From Oceanispirochaeta sp. (GTDB taxonomy: Bacteria > Spirochaetota > Spirochaetia > DSM-2461): a stretch of DNA of 64,000 nucleotides. Below, one piece after another: positions 1-9,634 of this stretch. Position 1 is the stretch's first letter; each line of letters starts with the position of its first letter. The position numbers and the translations under genes were made by a program. Location: contig CAXXXD010000003.1 in NCBI GenBank assembly GCA_963663385.2, forward strand, positions 384,001 to 448,000, read 5' to 3'. The notes below the pieces were generated by a model, which saw nothing but the letters and a program-made list of their open reading frames with translations, was not told the DNA's origin and did no database searches.

Positions 1-318
1 TCCTGTTACAGCTCTCACCGTTTTCTGTTCCGCCGCGTAAAAACGGGGACCGGGGATAATATTGTCACCGGAGCTGACAACCAGAGTAGAGGCTCCGTAT
101 GTAGTATCGGCTTTAAAGGCTTCAACCAGTGCGGAAAATTCATCGACCGAAGCAAGGGCAATTTCTTCATTTCCGTCAATGTCTGCAAAGTGCAGCAGCT
201 GCAGGGTGAATTCTGCAGGACCCGCCTTGTAAGTGCTGATCATTTCGTTAGAAGCGCAGCCAGCAAAAAGCAGGGCGAACAGAAGTGTTACTGTTACCAG
301 TAGTTTACTGTTTTTCAT
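1..318 (-). CDS. Bifunctional metallophosphoesterase/5'-nucleotidase family lipoprotein, N-terminal part (runs off window start; not in ORF track)
   Basis: Hand translation from ATG 318 (SD GGAGGAG upstream): MKNSKLLVTVTLLFALLFAGC (lipobox)...FTLQLLHFADIDG...TLVVSSGDNIIPGP, calcineurin-like motifs I and II. Confidence 0.8.
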   Translation of the reverse strand, partial: MKNSKLLVTVTLLFALLFAGCASNEMISTYKAGPAEFTLQLLHFADIDGNEEIALASVDEFSALVEAFKADTTYGASTLVVSSGDNIIPGPRFYAAEQKTVRAVTG

Positions 319-454
319 TTTTTCTCCTCCTAGGAATGAACTAAAGTTTAGAATCATACTTTCCATTCGTCCAGTCAAAACGTAAAAATTGCATATATGT
401 CAGACCTTTTTCAGTGTGAAATATTCTGATTCGGGCAGCGGCGGTACAGAATTC

Positions 455-1594
455 TTATACTTTATCCACTTCAGGCACTTTACCGTTCAGAAGGGCTATT
501 TGATTGTCAATCATATGGAATTTCCGATAAAAGGTCGGCGGAACGATCAGAGGCAGAACCTGTTTCTTTATTTTTACATTTAAAGAATACGTTCCATTCC
601 TGCACTGATCGGCCTGCATCAGTTCGCCGTCAACATGGTATTGAAAGGGGGAGGCAGAGGAAATATATGTCTTTTCAACTTCATACCGTTCAATATAAGG
701 CGGTCCTTTTCTGGCCGCTTTCTTGTTAATCTGGTCATGCCGTCCCATCCATAACCAGATCAGATTTCTGGCCAGCGCAAGTCTGCCTGGAAATTTAAAA
801 AGGTAGACTCCCATCAATCCGTCATTGCAGACCACATCCGGACAGATCCTGAACATTTTGGCATAGTAGGGGCGTGTGCCAATTTCGATCAGATGGGGGG
901 ATTGGGGCATCTGAAGATCATTGAAACTGAATTCCGCATTAACCCTGGTTCCTCTGAATGCGAACTTACCGTTTTTCATTTCTATCTGGAACTGCTGCTG
1001 TTTCCTGTCATATTCAGTCAGAAGGGCTGCTGCAGCAGAATGGATGTAACTGGCCAATCCGCTTTTGGGCAATCCGGCGTAGGGACCGCTGTCATAGGTG
1101 TTTCGATTCCTTAGATCCAGGATCCTGGCATCCATCCCCAATCCTGTAAGCTGGCAGTAATGGGTCCTTCTTCCATGTATAACTTTGAGGAGATCAACAT
1201 TAAGAATATAGCCATCCTTAAGGCTGGTGCTGTAACATTTCAACTGATTCATCATCCTGACAGGAACTTCGTAGGAGTCCTGTACTCCGTTGCCTGATCC
1301 GCCTCTTAGAAATCCGATTGCCTTTTTCTCAAGAATCCCGGGGGTTTCGGCTCCCACCTTCATAAACATATTGATTGCTTCATTTGCTGTTCCGTCTCCG
1401 CCCCATACCAGCAGCCTGTTGGGACCGGACAGGCAGAAGCGTCTTACTTCTCTTGCAAAATGTGAACGGCTCTCGCTTTCTATCACATAGGGTACTTCGG
1501 CTTTTTTCAGGATCCTTTTCAGTATCCTTGCATATTGAGGAAAGCGGCTTGGATTAATGATAAAAGAGCAGTCGGGGAGTTGAATCTGACTCAT
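455..1594 (-). CDS. Diacylglycerol/lipid kinase family protein
   Basis: IINP, GGDGT, GSGN, G-G-DA and HVDGE motifs of the DAGK/YegS family. Confidence 0.85.
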   Translation of the reverse strand: MSQIQLPDCSFIINPSRFPQYARILKRILKKAEVPYVIESESRSHFAREVRRFCLSGPNRLLVWGGDGTANEAINMFMKVGAETPGILEKKAIGFLRGGSGNGVQDSYEVPVRMMNQLKCYSTSLKDGYILNVDLLKVIHGRRTHYCQLTGLGMDARILDLRNRNTYDSGPYAGLPKSGLASYIHSAAAALLTEYDRKQQQFQIEMKNGKFAFRGTRVNAEFSFNDLQMPQSPHLIEIGTRPYYAKMFRICPDVVCNDGLMGVYLFKFPGRLALARNLIWLWMGRHDQINKKAARKGPPYIERYEVEKTYISSASPFQYHVDGELMQADQCRNGTYSLNVKIKKQVLPLIVPPTFYRKFHMIDNQIALLNGKVPEVDKV

Positions 1595-1720
1595 TAATCT
1601 CTCCTTCAGCGGACCTGTTATTAATTTTAGATGATTTTTACAGGATTTGCCGTTGATTCATTGTTTAATATTAATATGAGAAACTGATGAGACATCCGGC
1701 AGAAATACTCAAACAAATAT

Positions 1721-1740
1721 TAGTAATAATTATCATTATG
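1721..1740. promoter_or_regulatory. Fur/PerR-like box upstream of ferritin
   Basis: TAGTAAT-A-ATTATCA matches the 7-1-7 TGATAATnATTATCA at 12/14 positions. Confidence 0.5.
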
Positions 1741-1779
1741 ATTTATACTATAAAAATAGTAATATATAAGGTGGTATTT

Positions 1780-2319
1780 ATGAGTTTGAACAATAAAATT
1801 TCAAAAGCTTTCAATGAACAGATAAATGCAGAAATGTATTCTGCCTATCTTTACCTTTCCATGGGGAGCTGGTTTGAAGAGAAAAACCTGGCTGGTTTTG
1901 CCAACTGGTTCCGCTGTCAGTATCTGGAAGAGAATATGCATGCCATGAAGATTTATAACTTTGTGAACGACAGGGGAGGACGTGTCCTCCTGGATACAAT
2001 TCAGGGGCCAAAGACCGAGTGGGCATCCTTTGTGGAAGTATTCGAAGAGGTAGCTGCCCACGAAGCCCATGTTACTTCACTGATAAACAACCTGATGTAC
2101 CTTTCCAGAGAATTGAAAGATTTTGCCAGCGAGAGTTTTCTAATGTGGTATGTGGATGAACAGGTTGAAGAGGAAGCTACGGCAGATGAACTTTTAAGCC
2201 GTCTGAAGCTGATTCAAAGCGACCCCAGTGCTCTCTATACTATGGATAACGAGTTAAAAGGAAGGGTTCCCTCTCCCAGTGTGCTTCCCATTCATTTGGG
2301 ACAATCTGCTGGGGCATGA
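1780..2319 (+). CDS. ftnA: Non-heme ferritin
   Basis: NEQINAEMYSAYLYLSM, EENMHAMK, HEAHVT and WYVDEQVEEE ferroxidase motifs; start moved to ATG 1780 after SD AAGGTGG. Confidence 0.93.
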   Translation: MSLNNKISKAFNEQINAEMYSAYLYLSMGSWFEEKNLAGFANWFRCQYLEENMHAMKIYNFVNDRGGRVLLDTIQGPKTEWASFVEVFEEVAAHEAHVTSLINNLMYLSRELKDFASESFLMWYVDEQVEEEATADELLSRLKLIQSDPSALYTMDNELKGRVPSPSVLPIHLGQSAGA

Positions 2320-2333
2320 TTACTTTTCGGGAA

Positions 2334-2369
2334 ATCGGCAGAGGCAGGGATACTCCTGATTCTGCCGAT
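2334..2369. terminator. Stem-loop between convergent ferritin and MerR genes
   Basis: ATCGGCAGA...TCTGCCGAT inverted repeat. Confidence 0.5.
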
Positions 2370-2400
2370 CATTTCCCTGGTGGGGGTAATCTCCCTTATC

Positions 2401-3210
2401 TTATATCTGTCTGACAGGGATCTGCAGCTCCGTCAACCACTCCTGTTCGCTCTCTTTGTTCCATATACCGTCAATATAGGACTCCCTGGGATTAGCAGAG
2501 GGTTCCCAGTTATTCTCCCGGATCCACTGAAAGGCAAAGGCATAGGCATTCCTGATAGTTGAGTAGGGTCCTTTATGCAGAACACACACCGCCTGTGGTT
2601 CCCGCGTTACCTTCTTGTATCGCACCAGATCCGAGTCTTTGCAGGATTTTACAACAGACTCGCACACTTCAATGTCAATATCCTTTTCCCTGTATTCTCC
2701 GTCGTGATAGATCGTAAAGCAGTATTCGGGTTTGGCGCAGATTGCCCCCTGTCTTTTCATCTCCTCCCCCATTCGGGGCATAAGTTCAAAGTAGGAATTA
2801 TAGGATGGGGCTATGGTTCTCATAGAAGCGACTGTAACAGCCGGCAGTTCTTTTATTATTGCTGAATAATTCATGATTCTTCCTCCTTGCAGAATCTCTT
2901 GCCAGGATCTGACCTGACCGAGCTTCTGCTCATCTTCCCGTATCTGTTTGATTAGTTCCTTTTCTTTCATTTTCAGAAACATCTCAATATTTACGGGATT
3001 TTCAATTAATTCTTTAATCTCCCCCAAACTGAGTCCCAGCTGTTTAAGAGCCAGAATCCTGTGCAGTCTGGGTAACTGTTTACTTGTGTAGTAACGGTAA
3101 CCGCTTGAATAATCCACGAAATCTGGTTTCAGCAGACCTATTTCATCATAGTGTCTCAGGGTTTTTGTGGTGATATGGTTGATTTTAGAAAAAAGCCCTA
3201 TCTGATACAT
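2401..3210 (-). CDS. MerR-family regulator with C-terminal GyrI-like effector domain (BmrR type)
   Basis: YQIGLFSK..TLRHYDEIGLLKP..SGYRYY HTH; C-terminal HKGPY, PRESYIDG and TELQIPV. Confidence 0.92.
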   Translation of the reverse strand: MYQIGLFSKINHITTKTLRHYDEIGLLKPDFVDYSSGYRYYTSKQLPRLHRILALKQLGLSLGEIKELIENPVNIEMFLKMKEKELIKQIREDEQKLGQVRSWQEILQGGRIMNYSAIIKELPAVTVASMRTIAPSYNSYFELMPRMGEEMKRQGAICAKPEYCFTIYHDGEYREKDIDIEVCESVVKSCKDSDLVRYKKVTREPQAVCVLHKGPYSTIRNAYAFAFQWIRENNWEPSANPRESYIDGIWNKESEQEWLTELQIPVRQI

Positions 3211-3316
3211 CAAATACTCCTGTTCCCGGATATAGTTAATTAAATATTATTATGACTGTAATAATTTAAAAAGATCCAGTAATCATATTCATTCCCTCCC
3301 TTCCATATCCGTCTTC

Positions 3317-3347
3317 AGGGTAAAGTTTTCCCTTGGGGCAAAGTCAA
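3317..3347 (-). promoter_or_regulatory. MerR-type sigma70 promoter with 19-bp spacer and dyad
   Basis: Minus strand TTGACT-19 nt (TTGCCCCAAGGGAAAACTT)-TACCCT. Confidence 0.7.
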
Positions 3348-3460
3348 CAAAGAAATAAAAAAAAAGAGCGGGATTCGTGATAATTGGTATCTGTTCAATT
3401 TAGCGAAGAGGAATTCGGCTTTACCGGAGCTGATAGAATCGGTATCTTTTTGAAGGACAC

Positions 3461-3490
3461 AAAAAAAACCGGAGTTAAAAACTCCGGTTT
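3461..3490 (-). terminator. Rho-independent terminator of RRM gene
   Basis: AAACCGGAGTT-AAA-AACTCCGGTTT followed by T-run on minus strand. Confidence 0.8.
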
Positions 3491-3509
3491 CATTAAAAGT
3501 CAAGAAATA

Positions 3510-3791
3510 TTAATAGCGGAAGTTATCGTTCCGGGGTCTTCTTTCTCTTTCAATTGCTTCATTAACGCGAAGATTACGACCATCCAGATCCTGGTTGTTC
3601 AGGGCGGAGATTGCTGCTTCTGCGGCTTCATCTTCTTCCATTTCTACAAAACCAAAACCTTTGGAACGGTTTGTCTCTCTGTCGAAAATGATCTTTGTAC
3701 TCAGAACGTTACCGAACTGTGCAAAGTGATCTGCCAATCTGTCTTCATCTGTGTTGTAGCTCAGATTTCCTACATAGATTTTCTTGGGCAT
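3510..3791 (-). CDS. RNA-binding protein (RRM domain)
   Basis: RNP2 IYVGNL and RNP1 KGFGFVEM. Confidence 0.95.
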   Translation of the reverse strand: MPKKIYVGNLSYNTDEDRLADHFAQFGNVLSTKIIFDRETNRSKGFGFVEMEEDEAAEAAISALNNQDLDGRNLRVNEAIERERRPRNDNFRY

Positions 3792-4090
3792 TTGTACATC
3801 CTTACCGGTTTAACCGGAATTTCAAAATAAATTCACTTAAGAGTACGTATCAAGCTTTATTATATTTGCTGTCATATGATTATCTTCAGTAACTCATCAG
3901 GATGTGCAGAACACGGCGTGACGGAAATCAGAACAGAATACAAATAGCAGATATAAAGAGCAACGTGACATCTCAGTCTCTATTTTTAGTTTTAACAGGA
4001 AACCCGTTATAGGTCAATAAAAAACTGTTCCTTTAACAATCTTATTACACGATTGGAACATATTTTCTTAAAAATACCAAAAGGTTTTGT

Positions 4091-4132
4091 TTGACAAGCG
4101 GGGAATTTCAGGTATATTATGTGATATATCAC
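4091..4132 (+). promoter_or_regulatory. sigma70 promoter and palindromic operator of gntR-glycerate kinase
   Basis: TTGACA at 4091-4096; TATATT/TATTAT at 4113-4120; perfect palindrome GTGATATATCAC at 4121-4132. Confidence 0.6.
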
Positions 4133-4145
4133 GTGGAGTATCAGC

Positions 4146-4775
4146 ATGTCCCTGTCCGAAGATATATATAAAAAGATAATGAATATGCTTTTGAGCGGAG
4201 AGCTTCTGCCGGGGCAGATTATCAACCGGAGACAGATTGCCGCGGAATTTGATGTAAGCGTCGCACCCGTACTTGAGGCTATGCTTCTTCTGGAACATGA
4301 AGGACTGCTCGAAACAATTCCCCGTAAAGGGACTCAGGTGCGTTTAATCAGGGAAGAAGACGTACGCGGCCAATTTGTCCTGAGGGACGCCCTTGAATCC
4401 AAAGCGGCCAGGATCTATTTCGGTCCGCTTCTCAGGGAGAACCTGGCAGAACTGGAACCTTTTGCCAGACAGGTGGATCAGGCCCCGTCGGATAATCTGG
4501 AGGACTGGAAAACAGAGATCCTTTTTCATCGCGAGCTGGTATCCCTGGCCGGGATTCCTGCTCTGACGGCAGCTTTTGATCATATCATGAAGGTGAATCT
4601 CTTCTATGCCATGGCCCGTATCATCCCGGCACATCTTGCAACAGAGCGGGACAACCATGTGGAACTGCTTCAGCGTCTTACGGAGGCGGAAAGCGCTGAC
4701 CGGGCTGAATCTGTTATCCGGGATCATGTGTGGTATGGAAAAGAAGCCATATTAAACAGCGAATTTACGGTTTAG
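4146..4775 (+). CDS. GntR-family transcriptional regulator (FCD-type)
   Basis: GELLPGQ..IAAEFDVSVAPVLEAM..LEHEGLLETIPRKGTQV wHTH; FH..L and H motifs in the C-domain. Confidence 0.9.
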   Translation: MSLSEDIYKKIMNMLLSGELLPGQIINRRQIAAEFDVSVAPVLEAMLLLEHEGLLETIPRKGTQVRLIREEDVRGQFVLRDALESKAARIYFGPLLRENLAELEPFARQVDQAPSDNLEDWKTEILFHRELVSLAGIPALTAAFDHIMKVNLFYAMARIIPAHLATERDNHVELLQRLTEAESADRAESVIRDHVWYGKEAILNSEFTV

Positions 4776-4848
4776 ACCAAAATAATAGTTTATTATTAGT
4801 AACGGGATTAGTAAGGGAATTAAACCTGTAGCAGAAGGGGAGTTGCAA

Positions 4849-5982
4849 ATGAAGATAGTTATTGCGTCAGATTCATACAAGGGTTCCAGTACAAGCCTCC
4901 GGGTTGCGGAAACTATCGAAAAGGGAATACAGAAAGTCGTGCCTGATCTGGATATTGTAAAAATCCCTGTGGCCGACGGTGGAGAGGGACTGGTTCAGGC
5001 TCTGGTTCCCGATGAAGATAAATGGGTCCGTCTCAGTGTAACCGGTCCTATGAGAATGGAGACAAGGGCTGAATACGCTCTGATGGATGATAATACGGCC
5101 GTACTGGAAATGGCCAGTGCCTCAGGTCTTCCTCTTGTGGAAGGTGAAAAGGATCCCCGAATCGCCACGACCTACGGGACTGGTGAAATGATGAGGGATG
5201 CCATTGAAAGGGGATGCCGCAAGATTCTGATAGGTATAGGCGGCAGCGCCACCAATGACGGTGGAACCGGAATGGCCCAGGCCCTGGGAGCCCGTTTTCT
5301 GGATGCTGCCGGAAGGGAACTGACGCCGGCCGGCGGAAACCTGGATCAGATAGCTTCTGTGGATCTTTCCGGAATGCTGGACGGTTTGAAAGAGACGGAA
5401 ATCAAGGTTGCCTGCGATGTGGATAATCCCCTCTGCGGGGAACACGGGGCCAGTGCGGTCTATGGTCCACAGAAGGGAGCCACACCCGAAATGGTAAAAC
5501 AGCTGGATGCCAACCTGGCTCACCTGGCCGGGATTATGGAGAAAGCTTCCGGTAAGGATATGTCAGAGGTTCCCGGCGCCGGCGCTGCCGGCGGACTCGG
5601 GTTCGGTTTGATGGCATTCTGCAATGCCGAACTTGAATCCGGTATAGATCTGGTACTGGACAGCCTTGGTTTTGACCAGGCTATCGAAGGGGCTTCTCTC
5701 GTAATTACAGGAGAAGGCAGAATTGACGGTCAGTCAATACGCGGTAAGGTCCCCGTGGGAATAGCCGCCCGTGCCAAGAAGAAGAATCTGCCGGTTCTGG
5801 CTGTCTGCGGCGATATCGGTCCCGGAATCAGCACCCTTTATGACTATGGTATTGACTCCGTTATGAGTACGGTTAACAAGGCTATGCCTCTGAGCGAAGC
5901 GATGGGACGTTCCAGCGAACTGCTGGAGGAAGCGGCTGAAAGGGCCTTCCGGATGATTATGATCGGGAAGAACATGAAATAG
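4849..5982 (+). CDS. glxK: Glycerate kinase (GlxK/GarK family)
   Basis: IASDSYKGS, PVADGGEG, GIGGSATNDGG, GAGAAGGLG, ITGEGRID. Confidence 0.93.
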   Translation: MKIVIASDSYKGSSTSLRVAETIEKGIQKVVPDLDIVKIPVADGGEGLVQALVPDEDKWVRLSVTGPMRMETRAEYALMDDNTAVLEMASASGLPLVEGEKDPRIATTYGTGEMMRDAIERGCRKILIGIGGSATNDGGTGMAQALGARFLDAAGRELTPAGGNLDQIASVDLSGMLDGLKETEIKVACDVDNPLCGEHGASAVYGPQKGATPEMVKQLDANLAHLAGIMEKASGKDMSEVPGAGAAGGLGFGLMAFCNAELESGIDLVLDSLGFDQAIEGASLVITGEGRIDGQSIRGKVPVGIAARAKKKNLPVLAVCGDIGPGISTLYDYGIDSVMSTVNKAMPLSEAMGRSSELLEEAAERAFRMIMIGKNMK

Positions 5983-6134
5983 TCACTTTTGTAATCTGTG
6001 TTATCAGCCTGTCCTGTGGTATACCGTGGAAATGCTGCAGGATGGGTTTTTTTTTAAGGGTCTTACCGCAATCCTGTAAAGTCCTTGTAACAGCGAGCTG
6101 TATATCTGATGTAAATTTGTCTATAATAGGGATT

Positions 6135-6782
6135 ATGAAAAAAATTGCACTTATTTTTGACCACGACGGTACTCTGGTTGATTCTTTCGACAGTGTAACC
6201 ATCAGCACCAATAAGGTTCTTGAAGCAGCAGGCTGTGATCCTGTTTCGGAAGAGGAAATCCGGAAGGGAATGGCTTTTCCCACACTCGAGCGTTTTAACT
6301 ATCATTCCGGTATAGAAGAGTTTGATGTGTTGAAACAGATGCAGACGGATTTTTATAGGGTTATGAATGAGGTAGGTGTGGACTACGTTAAGATATTCCC
6401 CCGTATTAAAGAGAATCTGGATATTATGGCATCCAGGGGGTACTCACTGGGGATGCTGACAAACAATCAGGGCTTTTTTGTCCGGCGCGCCGCAGCCCGC
6501 CTGGGCTATGCCTACGACTTTGAAGTGATACTGGGAGAGGAGAATGTTCCCGTCCCGAAACCGGATCCCCGGGGGCTTCTTCAGGCTTGTGCCGGTTTGG
6601 GAGCCGAACCTGAAAACTGCTGGTATATCGGTGACGGCAGGCCGGATTATGAAGTAGCCATGGCGGCAGGGTTGAAAGCGGCGCTGGTCAGCTGGGGAGC
6701 TCATTCCCGGGAAGAGCTGCAGAAATTGAACCCGGATGTACTGTTTGATCACCCCGATGATATGAGCGACTTTTTCCGCTGA
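6135..6782 (+). CDS. HAD-family hydrolase (phosphoglycolate phosphatase-like)
   Basis: FDHDGTLVDS, TN, KPDP and YIGD motifs; start at ATG 6135. Confidence 0.88.
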   Translation: MKKIALIFDHDGTLVDSFDSVTISTNKVLEAAGCDPVSEEEIRKGMAFPTLERFNYHSGIEEFDVLKQMQTDFYRVMNEVGVDYVKIFPRIKENLDIMASRGYSLGMLTNNQGFFVRRAAARLGYAYDFEVILGEENVPVPKPDPRGLLQACAGLGAEPENCWYIGDGRPDYEVAMAAGLKAALVSWGAHSREELQKLNPDVLFDHPDDMSDFFR

Positions 6783-6790
6783 CCGGCTGT

Positions 6791-7558
6791 ATGAAGGGAA
6801 GGCGTCCTTACCGGAGAACACAGCGCAGAAGCAGCAGGAGAATTTACTCGCTGGATGAACTGCTCAGCCGACAGCCCCGTTCTCTAAAGAAAGGCAGCCG
6901 TTACCGTGAACTCCTTTTGTATTTTCTGAGTTCCGAATCCCTTCAGCGTATCCGGATCAGCAGCCGCTGCTTCAGGCTGCTGGATAAAGCCCTGATTAAT
7001 CCGGAGAATCTGAATTCCTTCTACAGGACATACCGGCTGCCCCGGCATCAGTTTTTTCCCCTTTTCCTCAGCATAAAGCGCTCCTATCTTATGGAGCGCA
7101 TAAAATGGCAGATAGAACGGGAGAGGTTTATCTGGGAACATATGAAAGCCCTTCCCCCTAAAACAGTCCGCTTTATCCGGTTCCTGGCGGAGTGGGAGCA
7201 GGAGCTGAATCCGAAATCGGAATTCCCCTACTGGATGAAATACCTTCTTCCCCGTACGAAGAAGCGTCTGCATGAGTATGAAGAATTTAATTCCCTGGAA
7301 TGGTATATATTCTATTATACCTACCTGACAGGATTGGCAGCGCATTATCATCTGAAACCAGCCCCCCTGGCGGAGAAGCTGGCTGCCTGCAGTATGCTGG
7401 AGCTTGTTCCGACTGCCAATCCTTTTTCTTTTCCTGAAAAAAGGGTTATAATGAAATCCTACCGCTCATTATGCCGCAGCTATCATCCCGACAGGGGCGG
7501 AGACCCTGCTTTCTTTCTGAAACTGCAGGAGTCACGGGAGGTCCTATGTTCGATCTGA
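6791..7558 (+). CDS. Protein with C-terminal minimal J-domain
   Basis: C-terminal MKSYRSLCRSYHPDRGGDPAFFLKLQESREVL (HPD motif). Confidence 0.7.
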   Translation: MKGRRPYRRTQRRSSRRIYSLDELLSRQPRSLKKGSRYRELLLYFLSSESLQRIRISSRCFRLLDKALINPENLNSFYRTYRLPRHQFFPLFLSIKRSYLMERIKWQIERERFIWEHMKALPPKTVRFIRFLAEWEQELNPKSEFPYWMKYLLPRTKKRLHEYEEFNSLEWYIFYYTYLTGLAAHYHLKPAPLAEKLAACSMLELVPTANPFSFPEKRVIMKSYRSLCRSYHPDRGGDPAFFLKLQESREVLCSI

Positions 7559-8529
7559 TGGATAAGAAAGTTCTAACGATTCTATTCCTGTTTTTATTCT
7601 CCTGCAATCTTGCAGGTGAGAATAAGGGGATATCCGGCAGGGATTATCGAGAGGATATGAGACAGTTCGTCCAGGCTATCTCTCTTTATGCAAAAAGCGA
7701 TACACCCGCCTTCAATATTATCCCTCAGAACGGGCAGGAACTGGTAACCCGGGACGGAGAGGCTGACGGTACCCTGGAACAGGATTACCTGACAGCAGTT
7801 GACGGCTGCGGCCGGGAAGATATGTTTTACGGATATAAACGGGATAACAGAAAAACACCCCGCTCCGACAGTGCGTATATGCTGGAATTGTGCCGGCTGT
7901 TCCATCAGAACGGCGCTGCTGTGCTGTCAACGGACTACTGCGATGATCCGGATAAAATGGATGAATCCTACAGCCTGAATCATGATGAAGGGTTTATCTC
8001 CTTTGCCGCCCCGGAGAGGAATCTTAATGTTATTCCGGATTATCCGGATCCGGTGTATCAGGAAAATACCGACTCAGTACGGATGCTGAGGGATGCCCGG
8101 AATTTCCTCTATTTGATCAATAGTGAATGCTATTCGACAAAATCAGAATTCCTGAAGGCGGTGGCAGAAACAAACTACGATCTGGTTATTATGGATCTGT
8201 TTCATAATGAGGAAGCCTATACCAGACAGGAACTTGACCGGATAAGGTATAAAAAAAACGGAGGAGAACGCCTTCTTATCTGCTATATGAGCATTGGTGA
8301 AGCGGAAGACTACCGTTTTTACTGGGACAGTTCCTGGGAGAAGGATCCCCCTCCCTGGCTGAAGGAGGAGAATCCTCATTGGGAGGGGAATTATAAGGTC
8401 CGTTACTGGGATACGGAATGGCAGAACATTATATTCGGCTCTCCCTCTTCCTATCTGGACAGGATCATGGCCGCCGGGTTCGACGGTGTCTACCTGGATA
8501 TTATTGACGGTTACGAATACTTTGAATAA
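7558..8529 (+). CDS. GH114-like (TM1410/MJ1477, endo-alpha-1,4-polygalactosaminidase family) lipoprotein, circularly permuted
   Basis: Lipobox LFSC; IIPQNG, DG.GRED, CYMSIGEAEDYRFYW, GNYKVRYW, GFDGVYLD; TGATG coupling to upstream gene. Confidence 0.85.
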   Translation: MDKKVLTILFLFLFSCNLAGENKGISGRDYREDMRQFVQAISLYAKSDTPAFNIIPQNGQELVTRDGEADGTLEQDYLTAVDGCGREDMFYGYKRDNRKTPRSDSAYMLELCRLFHQNGAAVLSTDYCDDPDKMDESYSLNHDEGFISFAAPERNLNVIPDYPDPVYQENTDSVRMLRDARNFLYLINSECYSTKSEFLKAVAETNYDLVIMDLFHNEEAYTRQELDRIRYKKNGGERLLICYMSIGEAEDYRFYWDSSWEKDPPPWLKEENPHWEGNYKVRYWDTEWQNIIFGSPSSYLDRIMAAGFDGVYLDIIDGYEYFE

Positions 8530-8533
8530 GCTA

Positions 8534-9496
8534 TTACAGTCCCATCATAAAGCGGTAAACCCTGGAATCGAATCCCGGCAGGTTCTCATGGCCGAAGTCC
8601 GGGTAAATAACAACCTCTTTTTTTGAAGTGATTTTGTTATAGGCGGCGAACTGGGTGGACGCCGGACAGATTTCGTCTATTAGTCCGGTTGCCATCAGCA
8701 CTTCCGCCTTTATCCAGGGGACCATATTCTGTAAATCTATATAACCCAGGGTCCGGAATATTTCATCTTCCCGTTCGTGGGTCGGATCAAAAGCCCGGAA
8801 GTAGTAGAAAAGTTCCTTGTAGGCGTTCTCTCCCAGATCCATCTGCCACACCCTTTTATAGTCACAGAGAAAGGGGTAGGTTGGAGCGGCTTTTTTTATC
8901 CGGGGCTCCAGGGAAGCACAGGCCAATGTCAATGCTCCGCCCTGGGATCCGCCCAGACAGCCGACTCTGTCGGCATCCACTTCGTCCATACCCATGGCAA
9001 TACGGGCCAGCTGAGCCGTATCCAGAAAAATATTTCTGAAAAGCAGTTTATCGGGGCCGTCGGAGAGTCCCCGTATAATATGGCCGCTCCAGGTTGTACC
9101 TGTAACCGCTTCGGTATTGTTGGAAAGCCCGCCCTGTCCTCTGGAATCCATGGCAAACACACTGTATCCGGCCGCTACCCAGTTCAGGAGAGAGCTCCAT
9201 TCGGGTGACCGCCCTGTATAACCATGGAATATGAGTACTGCCGGGTGTTTTTCCGTGCGGCTGGTTTTAGGTTTCAGATACTTCGCATGAACACGGGACC
9301 CGCCGGTTCCGGAGAAGTAGAGGTGATTACATTCGGCAAAGGGAACCTGGAAATCGGCCGCTTCCAGATTGATGTCTGAATCAATGGCATGCATTTGCTT
9401 CAGGGCCCTTTCCCAGTAGGCATTAAAATCATCGGGCCGTGGTGTCATTCCCTGGTATTGTTTGAGTTTTTCCAGGGGCATATCTACAGAGGGCAT
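8534..9496 (-). CDS. Acetylxylan esterase/cephalosporin-C deacetylase (CE7)
   Basis: RGQG, GGSQGG nucleophile motif, D..CP and GHE catalytic residues. Confidence 0.92.
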   Translation of the reverse strand: MPSVDMPLEKLKQYQGMTPRPDDFNAYWERALKQMHAIDSDINLEAADFQVPFAECNHLYFSGTGGSRVHAKYLKPKTSRTEKHPAVLIFHGYTGRSPEWSSLLNWVAAGYSVFAMDSRGQGGLSNNTEAVTGTTWSGHIIRGLSDGPDKLLFRNIFLDTAQLARIAMGMDEVDADRVGCLGGSQGGALTLACASLEPRIKKAAPTYPFLCDYKRVWQMDLGENAYKELFYYFRAFDPTHEREDEIFRTLGYIDLQNMVPWIKAEVLMATGLIDEICPASTQFAAYNKITSKKEVVIYPDFGHENLPGFDSRVYRFMMGL

Positions 9497-9573
9497 AATT
9501 TAACTCCTTTTAAACAGATTGTAATGTACAAACAGTAATATGCTTTTCCATTTATATAAAGGATGTTTCGGGA

Positions 9574-9601
9574 AAAAAATCCGGACTCCTGAGAGCCGGA
9601 T
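9574..9601 (-). terminator. Terminator after ABC permease
   Basis: ATCCGG-ctc...gag-CCGGAT hairpin with A-run on plus strand. Confidence 0.55.
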
Positions 9602-9634
9602 CTGTGTCGTTATATCATAATCAGGTAGGCTGGA

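Noticed and set aside
3792..4060. Long leader upstream of the RRM gene (possible thermosensor or sRNA)
   Set aside because: No recognisable RNA family or clear structure by eye; needs an Rfam/Infernal scan.
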